Counted from the first letter of the stretch, positions 48,775 to 59,103 are shown. The stretch: 64,000 bases of DNA from Nitrososphaerota archaeon (GCA_028867755.1 JAGWFT010000001.1:484727-548726), one strand, 5' to 3'. Notes: generated by a model not told the origin, from the sequence alone. Program-made: numbers and translations.

Positions 48775-49391
48775 TTATGATCTGGAAAATGATACTTTAA
48801 TGGATCTTCTAAACGACTTTTGAGACCTTCCTTGTTCCACATTTTAAGAATTTTCTTGTGTGGTTCTATTATGTTATTGCTTGACTCAGAAAGAAAATAC
48901 AATGCAACTAGCATCCATGGGCAGAAAATCTGTGGAGATTTTTCAATTTCGGATAAAAGCTCATCAAATGTTGTCCATTTGACTGCAGATATTTCATCTT
49001 CTACAAGCCTTATTTTCTCAGGCTCATCCATTATGCCTATTAAAGTACCACAAACTTCATTTTCCGAACCTATGTCTTTGTAAGGAACATGATATTCAAA
49101 CTTGAACAAATAATCCAACTTGCAATTTATTCCAAGCTCTTCTGGGAGCCTTCTTTCTGCTGATGATACGTATGTTTCAGACTGTCTAGGATGGCTTGCA
49201 ACTGTGCCATCCCAATCCCCAGGCCAAAGCATTTTACTCGTACTTCTCTGTGTTAACAAAAGTTTTCCATCTTTGTTGAATAACAAAATTGTAAAAGCTC
49301 TATGTAGTTTTCCATTAGGTAGATGACATTTTACTTTTTCTTCAGTTCCTACCTGTCTATCATTACTATCTACCAGAATTAAATATTCCAT
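48747..49391 (-). CDS. idi: Type 1 isopentenyl-diphosphate delta-isomerase (Nudix fold)
   Basis: KVKCH...LHRAF, QRS..K..WPG, SHP, RRLPEELG, ENE, PW. Confidence 0.85.
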   Translation of the reverse strand: MEYLILVDSNDRQVGTEEKVKCHLPNGKLHRAFTILLFNKDGKLLLTQRSTSKMLWPGDWDGTVASHPRQSETYVSSAERRLPEELGINCKLDYLFKFEYHVPYKDIGSENEVCGTLIGIMDEPEKIRLVEDEISAVKWTTFDELLSEIEKSPQIFCPWMLVALYFLSESSNNIIEPHKKILKMWNKEGLKSRLEDPLKYHFPDHKWELKIERN

Positions 49392-50137
49392 ACTTTATTG
49401 CCCCTAATTATAGTACCTTCAAACCCTTTGCCATTTATTGCATTTACTATTCTCTGAGGGATTCTCCCATTAACAAAAAATACACTTGTTCCATTCTTAG
49501 ACATTGACATGGCTTCCTTTATTTTACGATTCATTCCTCCTGTGACATCCATTTTTACATCTGTAGTTGTAGGTCTTTCTGTAGTCATTTCACGAATTAA
49601 TTTTTTAGTCTTGATATCAGAGTACACTCCATCAACATTTGTTACAAAAATTGCAAGACGTGGTTTCAAGATTTTAGTTAACATGCCAATTATTCTATCT
49701 CCAGATAGTATGTAGAATTTGTTCTTACCAAACCACATGACATCCCCATATGAAATTGGAACTAGTCCAGTATTGGCAATTTTTGGAATCTCTTTGATTT
49801 TCTTTATTATTGGTTTGTTTCCAAAAATAAAATCAGTTGGAGGTAAGCAATACGGTTTGAGATTTGCTTGAAAAAATGATTGAAGGACTAGTCTGTTTAG
49901 TTCTACCATGGAATTTTTAACAACTGAAACGCCTTTGGTGCTATATTTCTCAGGTTTTGTATGCATGTCGTATTTTACAGACCAATAATGGCCAAAAGAA
50001 CCGCCACCATGAACTATCATATATGGTTCTTTTATCTTTCTTAAATGAGAAGCAATTTGTTTGATTGCAGATACATTAGGTGTTAGTGGTTTTTGCTTGT
50101 TTGTAATTACTGATCCTCCCAGTTTAAGCAAAATCAT
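49379..50137 (-). CDS. ipk: Isopentenyl phosphate kinase
   Basis: LKLGGSVITNK, VHGGGSFGH, SGD, DVTGGM. Start trimmed from 50182. Confidence 0.93.
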   Translation of the reverse strand: MILLKLGGSVITNKQKPLTPNVSAIKQIASHLRKIKEPYMIVHGGGSFGHYWSVKYDMHTKPEKYSTKGVSVVKNSMVELNRLVLQSFFQANLKPYCLPPTDFIFGNKPIIKKIKEIPKIANTGLVPISYGDVMWFGKNKFYILSGDRIIGMLTKILKPRLAIFVTNVDGVYSDIKTKKLIREMTTERPTTTDVKMDVTGGMNRKIKEAMSMSKNGTSVFFVNGRIPQRIVNAINGKGFEGTIIRGNKVWNI

Positions 50138-50217
50138 GATTTTTAACAGTGCTATGGTCGGTTTTAAAAAGTATCCCAGCATTTTTGTTTATAAACATCC
50201 TGAAGATATTCTTCAGA

Positions 50218-51168
50218 TCAAGAATAACTTAACCCATTAAAGTCTACTTTTGCAATAAAACAGTCACTATTTTTTTTTAAATTTTCTAGTGTAGTACTTG
50301 CATTAGATTCATCCACCAGAGAAATTATGCATCCTCCTCCGCCAGCGCCAGTTATTTTAGCCCCATATGACGTTTTTGATGCTTCTTTTATCAGTAGATC
50401 CAGCTTGTCTGTTGACACATTTATTTTCTCTAACAATTTCTGATTTTTTGCCATTAATGAACCAAGTTTGTTTAGGTCATCTTCTTTCAAAGCTGACAAT
50501 GCATTAGTCACTAATTCGTTTTCTTGCTCACACATTTTTGTAAACATCACTTCGTTATCATTTTTGAATTTTCTTACATTTAGTACAACTTCTCTTGTAT
50601 TGTGAACTTGATTTGAGTTTGCTATTATAAAACTAAGATTATTTTTTGAATCGATTTTTTCAAATCCATTTTTACCATACAGCATTAGTCCACCAAATGT
50701 AGAGATGGAAGAATCTGCACCTGATACATCTTCAAATATGATACGTTCAGATTCTATAGCTCTTTTTAGAATCTGCTCCTTTGATTTTTTATTAAATAAT
50801 CCAGTAACTGATGCTGTCACAGCAACGCATGCAGCTGAAGAAGAACCAAGACCTATTCCAGCAGGAATCTCTGAGCTCAGGATTATCTCCATACCTATCT
50901 TTTCATTAAATTCTTTCAGAGTTTCTTTTACTATGTGAAAAAAAGGCCTCATAAATCTAATAGGTATTGAATTAAGATCGGACAATGCGTCTAAGTCGAT
51001 CTCTGCGTCTCCAAGCTCTGATTTTATACGTATTTTTGGCTCATCTAAAAATTTAGAAGTTGCTGTAATTCTCTTGTCAATGGAACAAAGTATTGCTTTT
51101 ACTCCATATACAACAAAATGCTCTCCAAAAAGAATCACCTTACCTGGGGCTGATGCTATTGATCTCAT
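50218..51168 (-). CDS. mvk: Mevalonate kinase
   Basis: APGKVILFGEHFVVYG, PAGIGLGSSSA, SGAD, KITGAGGGG. Confidence 0.95.
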   Translation of the reverse strand: MRSIASAPGKVILFGEHFVVYGVKAILCSIDKRITATSKFLDEPKIRIKSELGDAEIDLDALSDLNSIPIRFMRPFFHIVKETLKEFNEKIGMEIILSSEIPAGIGLGSSSAACVAVTASVTGLFNKKSKEQILKRAIESERIIFEDVSGADSSISTFGGLMLYGKNGFEKIDSKNNLSFIIANSNQVHNTREVVLNVRKFKNDNEVMFTKMCEQENELVTNALSALKEDDLNKLGSLMAKNQKLLEKINVSTDKLDLLIKEASKTSYGAKITGAGGGGCIISLVDESNASTTLENLKKNSDCFIAKVDFNGLSYS

Positions 51169-52001
51169 GAAAAAATTATCGATGCATATCCTACCACTGA
51201 GTTTTTCTCACCTGTTACATCTCCACTGGTCGCATACTTTACCAGCGTGCCCTTAGTGGCACCTAGTTCTTTGCAGGCTATGATGGTAGAAGCTATCGCT
51301 CCATATCCGCATGCACTCACTTGATTTTTTTGTAGAATTCTATAAAATTCATCAGTATTCATTCCCAATATGGGCTCGATCAAAGATTTATCTTGTTTGT
51401 ATGCAAATTCATTTTCTTCATAATGCGTAAAATCAGAGGAACCAACTATTACAGTTTTTTTATCTTTGGATATCTTTGATACTGCCATACCAATTTCTTT
51501 TGCTGCATCATGACTTTGATTTATCAGAATTATGGGAAGTATCTTAAATTTATGAGAATAGATTTCTTGTAGCATTGGAACTTGCACTTCAAGGCTGTGA
51601 TCTCTTGTATGTGAGAAAAAATCCAGTTCTATATTCTTTGATATCTTGTTAATCTCAATAGCTGTGTGGGTATCAACCTCAACATCTCCAAGCGGGGTTC
51701 TCCACAATCCATCTTTCATTGCAGCTATGTCGCAACCTATTCCCCAGTGATTTGGCCCTATGATTATCACAAGATCTGGTCTTAGTGAAGAGATTGCATA
51801 ATAAGAATTTGCAGCAATTGGACCAGAATACATGTATCCGGCATGAGGTACAATGACTCCAATTATGTTTTCATCATTTGTTGAAGGGGGTAATTTTCCA
51901 GGACCAAAATTGTGCAGGAAACACTCTCTGATATTTGATCTTAATTCTTGTTGTGCTTTTGGATAGAACATTCCAGCTACAGCTGGTGTTCTTATCTGCA
52001 T
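51165..52001 (-). CDS. MEMO1 family protein (AmmeMemoRadiSam protein B)
   Basis: RTPAVAGMFYP, PHAGYMYSG, GPNH, DHSLEVQ, SSDFTHY, SACGYG, VGYA. Confidence 0.93.
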   Translation of the reverse strand: MQIRTPAVAGMFYPKAQQELRSNIRECFLHNFGPGKLPPSTNDENIIGVIVPHAGYMYSGPIAANSYYAISSLRPDLVIIIGPNHWGIGCDIAAMKDGLWRTPLGDVEVDTHTAIEINKISKNIELDFFSHTRDHSLEVQVPMLQEIYSHKFKILPIILINQSHDAAKEIGMAVSKISKDKKTVIVGSSDFTHYEENEFAYKQDKSLIEPILGMNTDEFYRILQKNQVSACGYGAIASTIIACKELGATKGTLVKYATSGDVTGEKNSVVGYASIIFS

Positions 52002-52005
52002 TGTA

Positions 52006-52677
52006 TTATTGCCTCTGATTTCTCATTCTCAAAGGCGGAATTCTCTCGGATTCTTCTTCTAATTCTTCCTCGGTTATTTTAGTTTCAAAGTCATCTATTT
52101 GATATTTCATTGATTCATCAGTTTTTAGATCTCCTTTTTGCAATAGTATCTCTCTAGCTAATAACCAATAGATTGCAGCAAGAGACTTTCTACCTCTGTT
52201 GTTTGCAGGTAGGACTAAATCCACCTTGGATGTGACATTGTCCGTATTTGCAATTGCGATAACTGGTATGCCGGCATTTGTAGCTTCCAAAACTGCTTGT
52301 TCATCTACTTGAGGATCTGATACTAAAACTAACTCTGGCTCAATGTAATATGGCAAAAGAGGATTTGTTAAAGTGCCAGGCATAAATCTTCCAAGCATGG
52401 GGGTAGCACCTGTTAGTTCACAAAATTTTTCAATTGGTGTGCTTGCATATTCCCTTCCTGAACAAATGAATACTTTTGAGATATTTGCTCTATTGATAAA
52501 TTTAGCAGCTGTTTGAATACGAGATAATGTTTTCTTACTATCTATAATGTAAAGACCCTCGTTTGTTGCCTTTGTAATAAAAGGTATCATGAATTTTGTT
52601 TTTACTTGAGTACCTACTCTTATTCCTGTAGACAAGACATACTTTTCCATGTGTTCGAATTCTTCTTGCTTGCTCAT
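52006..52677 (-). CDS. rps2: 30S ribosomal protein S2
   Basis: GRFMPGTLTN, DEQAVLEA, IPVIAIANTD, PANNRG. Confidence 0.97.
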   Translation of the reverse strand: MSKQEEFEHMEKYVLSTGIRVGTQVKTKFMIPFITKATNEGLYIIDSKKTLSRIQTAAKFINRANISKVFICSGREYASTPIEKFCELTGATPMLGRFMPGTLTNPLLPYYIEPELVLVSDPQVDEQAVLEATNAGIPVIAIANTDNVTSKVDLVLPANNRGRKSLAAIYWLLAREILLQKGDLKTDESMKYQIDDFETKITEEELEEESERIPPLRMRNQRQ

Positions 52678-52686
52678 GACGTGTTC

Positions 52687-53925
52687 TTAAATCTCGGCCA
52701 TTCCACGTATTAAATCATACTCTGAGATACGCAGTAACTCATTTAGTTTAGCTATTCTTTCTCCGCCTACTACACCTATCTTTAACATCTTAGATTTTGT
52801 AGCAATTCCAATATGTGATATGTGAGAATCAGAAGATTCCCCAGATCGATGAGATGTGATTAATTTTATATTGTTCTTGGATGCTTCCTTTGCAAATTCA
52901 ATAGCATCATAAAGACTTCCTGCTTGATTTACCTTTAAAATAGCTGCATTACACGCTTTTTTCTTTACTGCATTCTTTAAAATCTCAGTATTTGTTACTA
53001 AAAGATCGTCTCCAACTATCAAGACTTTTGGAAATCTTTCTGTCAAGATAGACATCTCATCAAAAGCCTCTTCATGAACAGCATCTTCAGCATAAGCTAG
53101 TTTGTATTTCTTTATTATTTCAGAAACAAAATCAATTTGTTCTTCTGGTGTATTCTCAAAGCCTGCTCGATTATAGACATATTTCTTCCTACTTTCGTTC
53201 CATTGTGTAGTTGAAGCAAAATCAACTCCTAATGAGACCTCTTTTCCTAATGTAAATCCTAATTGCTCGCAGGCTTTGGCAGAGAGTTCCAAAGCTTCAT
53301 CATTATCAAGTTTTGGAGCCCATCCACCCTCGTCACCTCTACCATTTGTGAACCCTGTATCTTTTTTTGCTAGTATTTTCCCAAGTTCTTTATGTACTGC
53401 AAAATTAACTTCAATGGCATCTCTTATTGTTTTTGAGCCAGTAGCACAAACCAATATTTCTTGAATGTCTGGTGTACCAGGACCTGCATGAGCCCCTCCT
53501 CCTAAAATATTGCCTAGAGGAAAAGGAAATCTAAGATCAGAATCTTTGGTTAATAATTTGAATATTGGAATTCCTTCTGATTTTGATGCGGCATCTATTG
53601 ATGCTATGGTAAGAGAAAATGCAACTGAGCCTCCAATTTTTGAATAATTGGGAGTTGAATCTATTGTTCTTAATGTTTCATGAATAGATTTTAAATTGGA
53701 AGGATCAAGACCAATAAACTTTTTCTCATTTGTCTTTAAGATCTCAAGACTTTTCTCAGGTTTGTTATCTGGAAAACTCATTGCTTCATGCTTTCCTACG
53801 CTTGCACCAGATGATGCACAAACTCTTCCTATGTGTTTGGTGTCAGTAATGACATCTATTTCAATTGTCTTGCTTCCTCTGCTGTTGTAGAGTAATCTCC
53901 CCTTTAATGATGTAATCCGTGCCAT
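52687..53925 (-). CDS. eno: Enolase
   Basis: NSRGSKTIE, SGAS.G.HEA, GDEGG, VGDDL, KVNQAG, SHRSGE. Confidence 0.95.
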   Translation of the reverse strand: MARITSLKGRLLYNSRGSKTIEIDVITDTKHIGRVCASSGASVGKHEAMSFPDNKPEKSLEILKTNEKKFIGLDPSNLKSIHETLRTIDSTPNYSKIGGSVAFSLTIASIDAASKSEGIPIFKLLTKDSDLRFPFPLGNILGGGAHAGPGTPDIQEILVCATGSKTIRDAIEVNFAVHKELGKILAKKDTGFTNGRGDEGGWAPKLDNDEALELSAKACEQLGFTLGKEVSLGVDFASTTQWNESRKKYVYNRAGFENTPEEQIDFVSEIIKKYKLAYAEDAVHEEAFDEMSILTERFPKVLIVGDDLLVTNTEILKNAVKKKACNAAILKVNQAGSLYDAIEFAKEASKNNIKLITSHRSGESSDSHISHIGIATKSKMLKIGVVGGERIAKLNELLRISEYDLIRGMAEI

Positions 53926-53926
53926 T

Positions 53927-54163
53927 CTATTCTAGCTCGGATTGAACTTCTTGCTCCCTTCTCCTTATTGCTTCGTAAAATGGAATGACCTGATGAATTG
54001 TTTCCACAGCTGTTAACATCATAGCTCTACAACAATATCGCTTCAATCCAAAAGAGTTTAGAACCTTAGCTGGATCTTCTCCACTTTTTACACGATTCTG
54101 ATACTCTTTAAATTTATCAGCAATTAGATTTCCACAAGTAAAACACCTGACAGGAATCAGCAC
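53927..54163 (-). CDS. rpoN: RNA polymerase subunit N (Rpo10)
   Basis: MLIPVRCFTCG...RYCCR. Confidence 0.97.
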   Translation of the reverse strand: MLIPVRCFTCGNLIADKFKEYQNRVKSGEDPAKVLNSFGLKRYCCRAMMLTAVETIHQVIPFYEAIRRREQEVQSELE

Positions 54164-54187
54164 ATTTTCAAAAAGTAATCAAGGCTT

Positions 54188-54200
54188 ATAAAAACCATAC
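54188..54200 (-). promoter_or_regulatory. TATA-containing promoter motif GTATGGTTTTTAT upstream of rpoN
   Basis: 25 bp before the rpoN start; identical to 59769-59781. Confidence 0.6.
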
Positions 54201-54215
54201 ATGGGTATTGCATCT

Positions 54216-54300
54216 GCGGGAGTCGCCCAGCCTGGTCAAAGGCGCTAGCTTGAGGGGCTAGTATCTTAGGATTTCGAGGGTTCAAATCCCTTCTCCCGCA
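54216..54300 (+). tRNA. tRNA-Leu(GAG)
   Basis: GCGGGAG/CTCCCGC acceptor stem, CTAGC-TT-GAG-GG-GCTAG anticodon arm, long variable arm, TTCAAAT T-loop. Confidence 0.96.
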
Positions 54301-54431
54301 CTTGATAATTGTGTTGTAAAAAATTATTCCGTTTGATAAAATCATGCCCTAGAATGGTATTCTGATATTGGTTATGTGCAATAAGTTGTAATTTGGTAAA
54401 GCCCTTATTTAACATAAATTTCTGAAACTAT

Positions 54432-55082
54432 GTGGAAATTACAGTAAAACAAATGATGCAAATTGAGGAAAATGGCCACCAGATGGGATTTCCTAGAAAA
54501 TTAATGATGGAAAATGCTGGAGCATCAACAGCAAGATATTTGCTTGAAAAATATGAAAACTTACAGGAAAAGAAAATAGTTGTATTTTCAGGATTGGGAA
54601 ATAATGGTGGAGACTCATTTGTGATTGCAAGACATCTTGCAGGATTTGGGTGTGATACAGATGTTATCTTACTTGGAAATCCAAATAAAATAAAAACTGA
54701 AGAATCAAACTCCAACTGGAAAGTTCTAGAAAGAATGAATTCAGTAAATCTCATGATTGTCTCTGATCCAACTCAGATTATTCTTAATGCAGACATAATT
54801 GTTGATGGTATTTTGGGAACTGGAATCTCAGGTAAAATAAAGGAGCCTTATGCTACCGCAATAGATCTGATAAACAAATCTCAAGCTTTCAAGCTTGCAG
54901 TAGACATACCCTCTGGGCTAGATCCTGATTTAGGTTCTGTGATAGATAAATGTGTAAAAGCCGATGTGACAATTACATATCATAAAATGAAGGTTGGAAT
55001 GCCTAAAAGACTAGATATGTGTGGAAAAATAATAGTTGAGAAAATAGGTATTCCGTTAGAAGCTGAAGTGGGTGTATTATGA
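54432..55082 (+). CDS. nnrE: NAD(P)H-hydrate epimerase (YjeF N-terminal)
   Basis: LMMENAG, GNNGGD, DGILGTG, AVDIPSG. Confidence 0.93.
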   Translation: MEITVKQMMQIEENGHQMGFPRKLMMENAGASTARYLLEKYENLQEKKIVVFSGLGNNGGDSFVIARHLAGFGCDTDVILLGNPNKIKTEESNSNWKVLERMNSVNLMIVSDPTQIILNADIIVDGILGTGISGKIKEPYATAIDLINKSQAFKLAVDIPSGLDPDLGSVIDKCVKADVTITYHKMKVGMPKRLDMCGKIIVEKIGIPLEAEVGVL

Positions 55083-55693
55083 AAGTACATCAGCTTGAGG
55101 TAGGCGGTATGCAAAATTTTACTTATGTGATTGAGGATGAACAAACAAACGAAGCCATCATCGTTGATCCTTCATGGGATCTAGATCTAGTATTAGAGGT
55201 AATTGAGAAGAACAGTCTGCAAGTAAAATATGTCATAAACACTCATCATCATTTTGATCATACTATAGGTAATGATGCAATAGTGAGAAAAACTGGAGCA
55301 AAGATCTTACAACATAAATCTTCTACCCTAAAAAATGATATGACTGTATCTGAAGGTGACAAGATCAGATTCGGACACTCTGAACTTACTGTTATTCATA
55401 CGCCAGGACATTCAAAAGACAGCATGTGTCTTGTTGGAGACGGAAAGATCTTTTCTGGAGATACTCTATTTGTGGGAAACTGCGGTAGAATAGATCTTCC
55501 CGGAGGCAGTGCCAAAGAGCTTTATCATAGCTTATTTGACGTGGTCTGCAAGATGGATGAAGGTTTGGTTCTTTACCCAGGACATAATTATGGCAGCTCC
55601 ACAACATCAACAATAGGAAGAGAAAAGAAAACTAACTTTGTACTTCAACCTCGTACTGAAAAAGAATTTTTAGAATTCATGAGCAGTGACTAA
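55079..55693 (+). CDS. Metallo-beta-lactamase fold hydrolase (glyoxalase II-like)
   Basis: THHHFDH, HTPGHS, FSGDTLF, PGHNY. Confidence 0.9.
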   Translation: MKVHQLEVGGMQNFTYVIEDEQTNEAIIVDPSWDLDLVLEVIEKNSLQVKYVINTHHHFDHTIGNDAIVRKTGAKILQHKSSTLKNDMTVSEGDKIRFGHSELTVIHTPGHSKDSMCLVGDGKIFSGDTLFVGNCGRIDLPGGSAKELYHSLFDVVCKMDEGLVLYPGHNYGSSTTSTIGREKKTNFVLQPRTEKEFLEFMSSD

Positions 55694-55696
55694 TTT

Positions 55697-56752
55697 TTGC
55701 AAGATATTGAGATATTAGGAAATAGAAAAAAAGGCCTAGATTTTATTGATAAAACAAAACAAAAGAGTTTTGTCTTTTCCTTAGTGATATCCTATACAGA
55801 AACTTCAGAAGTTCAAGGTATCACAGTTGCTGGCGAACATCCTGATCTGATAAAATATACCGGACCTGCAGATGCCGAGTTCATCCATTACGGACATTGC
55901 AAAAGCATATCTGTCATACCTATGACTCCTGATGGAAAACCTACACCAGCTCTTCTAACAAAAACAGCTTTAGAAGCAGCAAGTATACCAAGCATAACAA
56001 TTAATGCTGGAAGTAAAATTCCTCCAAAACTTCCATTCATAGATATGAACTTAGAATATGGGAAAAATATCTCAAGAGAGGCTGCACTAAGTCAAGAAGA
56101 AATAAGAAAGGCAGTTGAATATGGAAGAATAATAGGTAGATTTCTTGGCGCTTCAACTGACTGTCTAGTAGTTGGAGAAAGCATTCCAGGAGGCACTACA
56201 ACAGCTCTTGGAATACTTGAGGGATTTGGTCTAAAGGCACAGGTAAGTAGTAGTATGCCTACTAATCCTACTCATCTTAAAATTGATATTGTAAAAAATG
56301 CTCTAAAAAGAGTGCAATCAAGCGATCCTTTTGATATTGTTGCACAAGTTGGTGATCCTATGATACCTACAGTTGCTGGAATACTTAGTACTTCATCTGA
56401 AATTACAAGGGTACTATTAGCAGGGGGAACACAAATGGCAGCAGTCTTATGTTTTGCTAAGAGTATAGGTTTTGTCGGTAAAAACACTGCAATAGGTACT
56501 ACGTCATATGTCGTAGATGACAAGTCTGCAAATTTAGTTGAAACAGTTGAGAAAATATTTGACATTCCAATACTAGTTGCTAAACTCAAATTAGGTCAAT
56601 CGAAGATTTCTGGTCTTCGTTCTTATGCTGACGGTTTTGTTAAAGAAGGTGCTGGTGCAGGAGGGGCTTCTATAGCGTGTATGTTAAAAACTGGAATAGA
56701 TGCAGAAAAATTACTCTTTCTTACAGAAAAAGAATATCGGAGAATTACTTGA
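55697..56752 (+). CDS. cobT: Archaeal CobT-like nicotinate-nucleotide phosphoribosyltransferase (TIGR00303-like)
   Basis: YTGPADAE, PTPALLT, GESIPGGTTTA, LAGGTQM, VKEGAGAGG. Confidence 0.85.
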   Translation: MQDIEILGNRKKGLDFIDKTKQKSFVFSLVISYTETSEVQGITVAGEHPDLIKYTGPADAEFIHYGHCKSISVIPMTPDGKPTPALLTKTALEAASIPSITINAGSKIPPKLPFIDMNLEYGKNISREAALSQEEIRKAVEYGRIIGRFLGASTDCLVVGESIPGGTTTALGILEGFGLKAQVSSSMPTNPTHLKIDIVKNALKRVQSSDPFDIVAQVGDPMIPTVAGILSTSSEITRVLLAGGTQMAAVLCFAKSIGFVGKNTAIGTTSYVVDDKSANLVETVEKIFDIPILVAKLKLGQSKISGLRSYADGFVKEGAGAGGASIACMLKTGIDAEKLLFLTEKEYRRIT

Positions 56753-58505
56753 CTGTTACAGATTTTGCCAAGTTTCTTGGATAATCAGGATCCGTATCTT
56801 TTTCGACAGCAGCATAATATGCTAAAAGTTGGACAGGTATTATCTCGATTAATGGATATGTGGATTCATCTATTTGTGGTATCTCTACCCAATAATCGTA
56901 AACATCACTAGGTTTGTCTGAAATTCCAATAACCTTTGCTCCTCTAGCCTTTATTTCACGTGCGCTAGTTAACGTTTCAGAATAGGTAGAATCATTTGGA
57001 TTGATCATAATGACATATGTATTAGAATCCATTAAGGCAAGAGGGCCGTGTTTTAGTTCTCCACCAGGAAGACCTTCTGCATGTATGTATGTAAGTTCTT
57101 TTAACTTTAACGAGGCTTCTAATGCTATTGGATAATGAATTCCTCTCCCAAGTACGTATATGTCAGAAACATCTTTGAGCTTCTTTGCTATGTCCTTAAT
57201 CTTAGAATCATTGGAAAGAATCTTCTTGATTTCCTCTGACACTTTAGTAAAATCTACACCTATGCTACCTCCGCATATTTTATCGACTATTTTGTATAGT
57301 ATTGCAAGTTGTGCAGTGAAACTCTTTGTAGCTGCTACTCCTATCTCTGGACCACAGCCCAAGCCTATGGATATTGATGATAATTGAACCAGAGATGACG
57401 TCATTATATTTACAACTGAGATAATTTTGGATCCAGCTTTCTTTGCAATATTAACAGCCTCCAATACATCTGCACTCTCTCCACTTTGTGATAATGCTAT
57501 CAAGGTAGATTGTTGCTCAAAAATGTCAGGAGAAAAGCTTACCTCGCTTGATATTATTGATTCAATCTTGATCTTTGCATATTTTGAAAAAAGGAATTTA
57601 GCTACAAGTGCCGCATTATAGCTTGTCCCACTTCCAGTTATGTAAAGTGTTTTTGCATGTCGAATAAAATCGGTTGCTAAATCAAGCTCCAGCTTCGTAT
57701 TATTTCCAGCGTTTAGTGTTGTAGTCGGTTGTTCTGATATTTCTTTGAGAGTGAAATGAGCATATTCTCCCCTGTACACATCAGCAAATTCCTTTGATAC
57801 CTTGGTAATTTGATGTTGCACTGGATTTGTATCAAAATCAAAGATTTTAATTCCCGATGAATTGATAATTACAAATTCTTTATTATCTAAGTAAATCACT
57901 TCGTCTGTATGTTCTACAAATCCTAACACGTCGCTAGAAATGAAGTATCCTTCCTTTCCAATTCCTATTATGAGTGGTTCATGAAATCTTGCTGCAGATA
58001 ATGTCCCATCTTTAAAGACAGCAACAAAAGCATAACTTCCTTTAAGCTCAGAAAGTGTGTGTGCCATTGATTGTTTTGTATCTCTAGTTTTATCATAATG
58101 ATGTTGAAGAAGATTTGCAATTACCTCGCTGTCTGTTTGACTTTTGAAAGTGTAACCTTTTTGTTGAAGATCTTTTTTTAATTCCTCGTAATTTTCTATT
58201 ATGCCATTATGAACAATAGCTATTTCTCCAGTGCTAGATGGATGAGGATGAGCATTTGTGTCAGTAACTATTCCATGTGTGGCCCATCTCGTATGTCCTA
58301 TTCCTACAGTTCCAGAAAGTTCGTCAAGTCTTACGGTCTTATTTACTTCTATTACTTTCCCCACACCTTTTCTTACTAGTATATGATCGTTAGAAAATGT
58401 AGCAACCCCGACACTATCATAACCACGATATTCCATTCTCTTTAATCCTTTGACTATTATTGGGGCAGCCTGATTCAGACCTAGATAGCCTATAATTGAA
58501 CACAT
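56745..58505 (-). CDS. glmS: Glutamine--fructose-6-phosphate aminotransferase
   Basis: N-terminal MCSI, EYRGYDS, GHTRWATHG, HNGIIEN, SQSGES, ATKS, KHGP, PRNLAKSVTV. Confidence 0.97.
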   Translation of the reverse strand: MCSIIGYLGLNQAAPIIVKGLKRMEYRGYDSVGVATFSNDHILVRKGVGKVIEVNKTVRLDELSGTVGIGHTRWATHGIVTDTNAHPHPSSTGEIAIVHNGIIENYEELKKDLQQKGYTFKSQTDSEVIANLLQHHYDKTRDTKQSMAHTLSELKGSYAFVAVFKDGTLSAARFHEPLIIGIGKEGYFISSDVLGFVEHTDEVIYLDNKEFVIINSSGIKIFDFDTNPVQHQITKVSKEFADVYRGEYAHFTLKEISEQPTTTLNAGNNTKLELDLATDFIRHAKTLYITGSGTSYNAALVAKFLFSKYAKIKIESIISSEVSFSPDIFEQQSTLIALSQSGESADVLEAVNIAKKAGSKIISVVNIMTSSLVQLSSISIGLGCGPEIGVAATKSFTAQLAILYKIVDKICGGSIGVDFTKVSEEIKKILSNDSKIKDIAKKLKDVSDIYVLGRGIHYPIALEASLKLKELTYIHAEGLPGGELKHGPLALMDSNTYVIMINPNDSTYSETLTSAREIKARGAKVIGISDKPSDVYDYWVEIPQIDESTYPLIEIIPVQLLAYYAAVEKDTDPDYPRNLAKSVTVK

Positions 58506-58551
58506 ATTGTTATTTTATGTTACTTCTAGATAGATAATAATTGTGTATATG

Positions 58552-59094
58552 CTACTCAGTTTGTTGTTCTATTTTTACTTCTTCAGCAGGTGGTTGTTGT
58601 TTAGCTTTGCCTAGATCTATATCTGGAGACAAACGTACTTGATTTTCTTCTTCCACGGTAACAGTGTATGACGGAATGTTCACTGTCCTTTCTCCTATCA
58701 TAACATGTCCATGTACGACAGCTTGTCTTGCAAGATATGGGCTCTTGATGTTTGCTTTTTTCTGAATTACTGTTTGTAGCCTGCGTGACAACAAATCGGT
58801 TACTTTTAGATTTAAGACATCATCTAAGGTGGAATCGTCTTTTACCAATCCTACTCTTGTCAGTGATCTCATGAGTGTTGGTTCTTTTTTATTTCTTACA
58901 TCTTGTGTTAAGGCCAAAATAGATCTTGCCTGATTTCTTATTCTGGAAAGTTCTGTGTGTGCTTTCCAAAGTTCTCTCTTGTTCTTAAGTCCATAAGTGC
59001 CAAGAACGTATAGCTCCTCACTCAATAAATCATAATTTAGAGGTCGTTTTGGTTTTCTCCACATTTTACGAGAATTTTTTGGATGATCTCCCAT
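58552..59094 (-). CDS. rps4: 30S ribosomal protein S4
   Basis: YGLKNKRELW, LSRRLQT, ARQAVVHGHV. Confidence 0.96.
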   Translation of the reverse strand: MGDHPKNSRKMWRKPKRPLNYDLLSEELYVLGTYGLKNKRELWKAHTELSRIRNQARSILALTQDVRNKKEPTLMRSLTRVGLVKDDSTLDDVLNLKVTDLLSRRLQTVIQKKANIKSPYLARQAVVHGHVMIGERTVNIPSYTVTVEEENQVRLSPDIDLGKAKQQPPAEEVKIEQQTE

Positions 59095-59103
59095 ATGTTA
59101 CAC

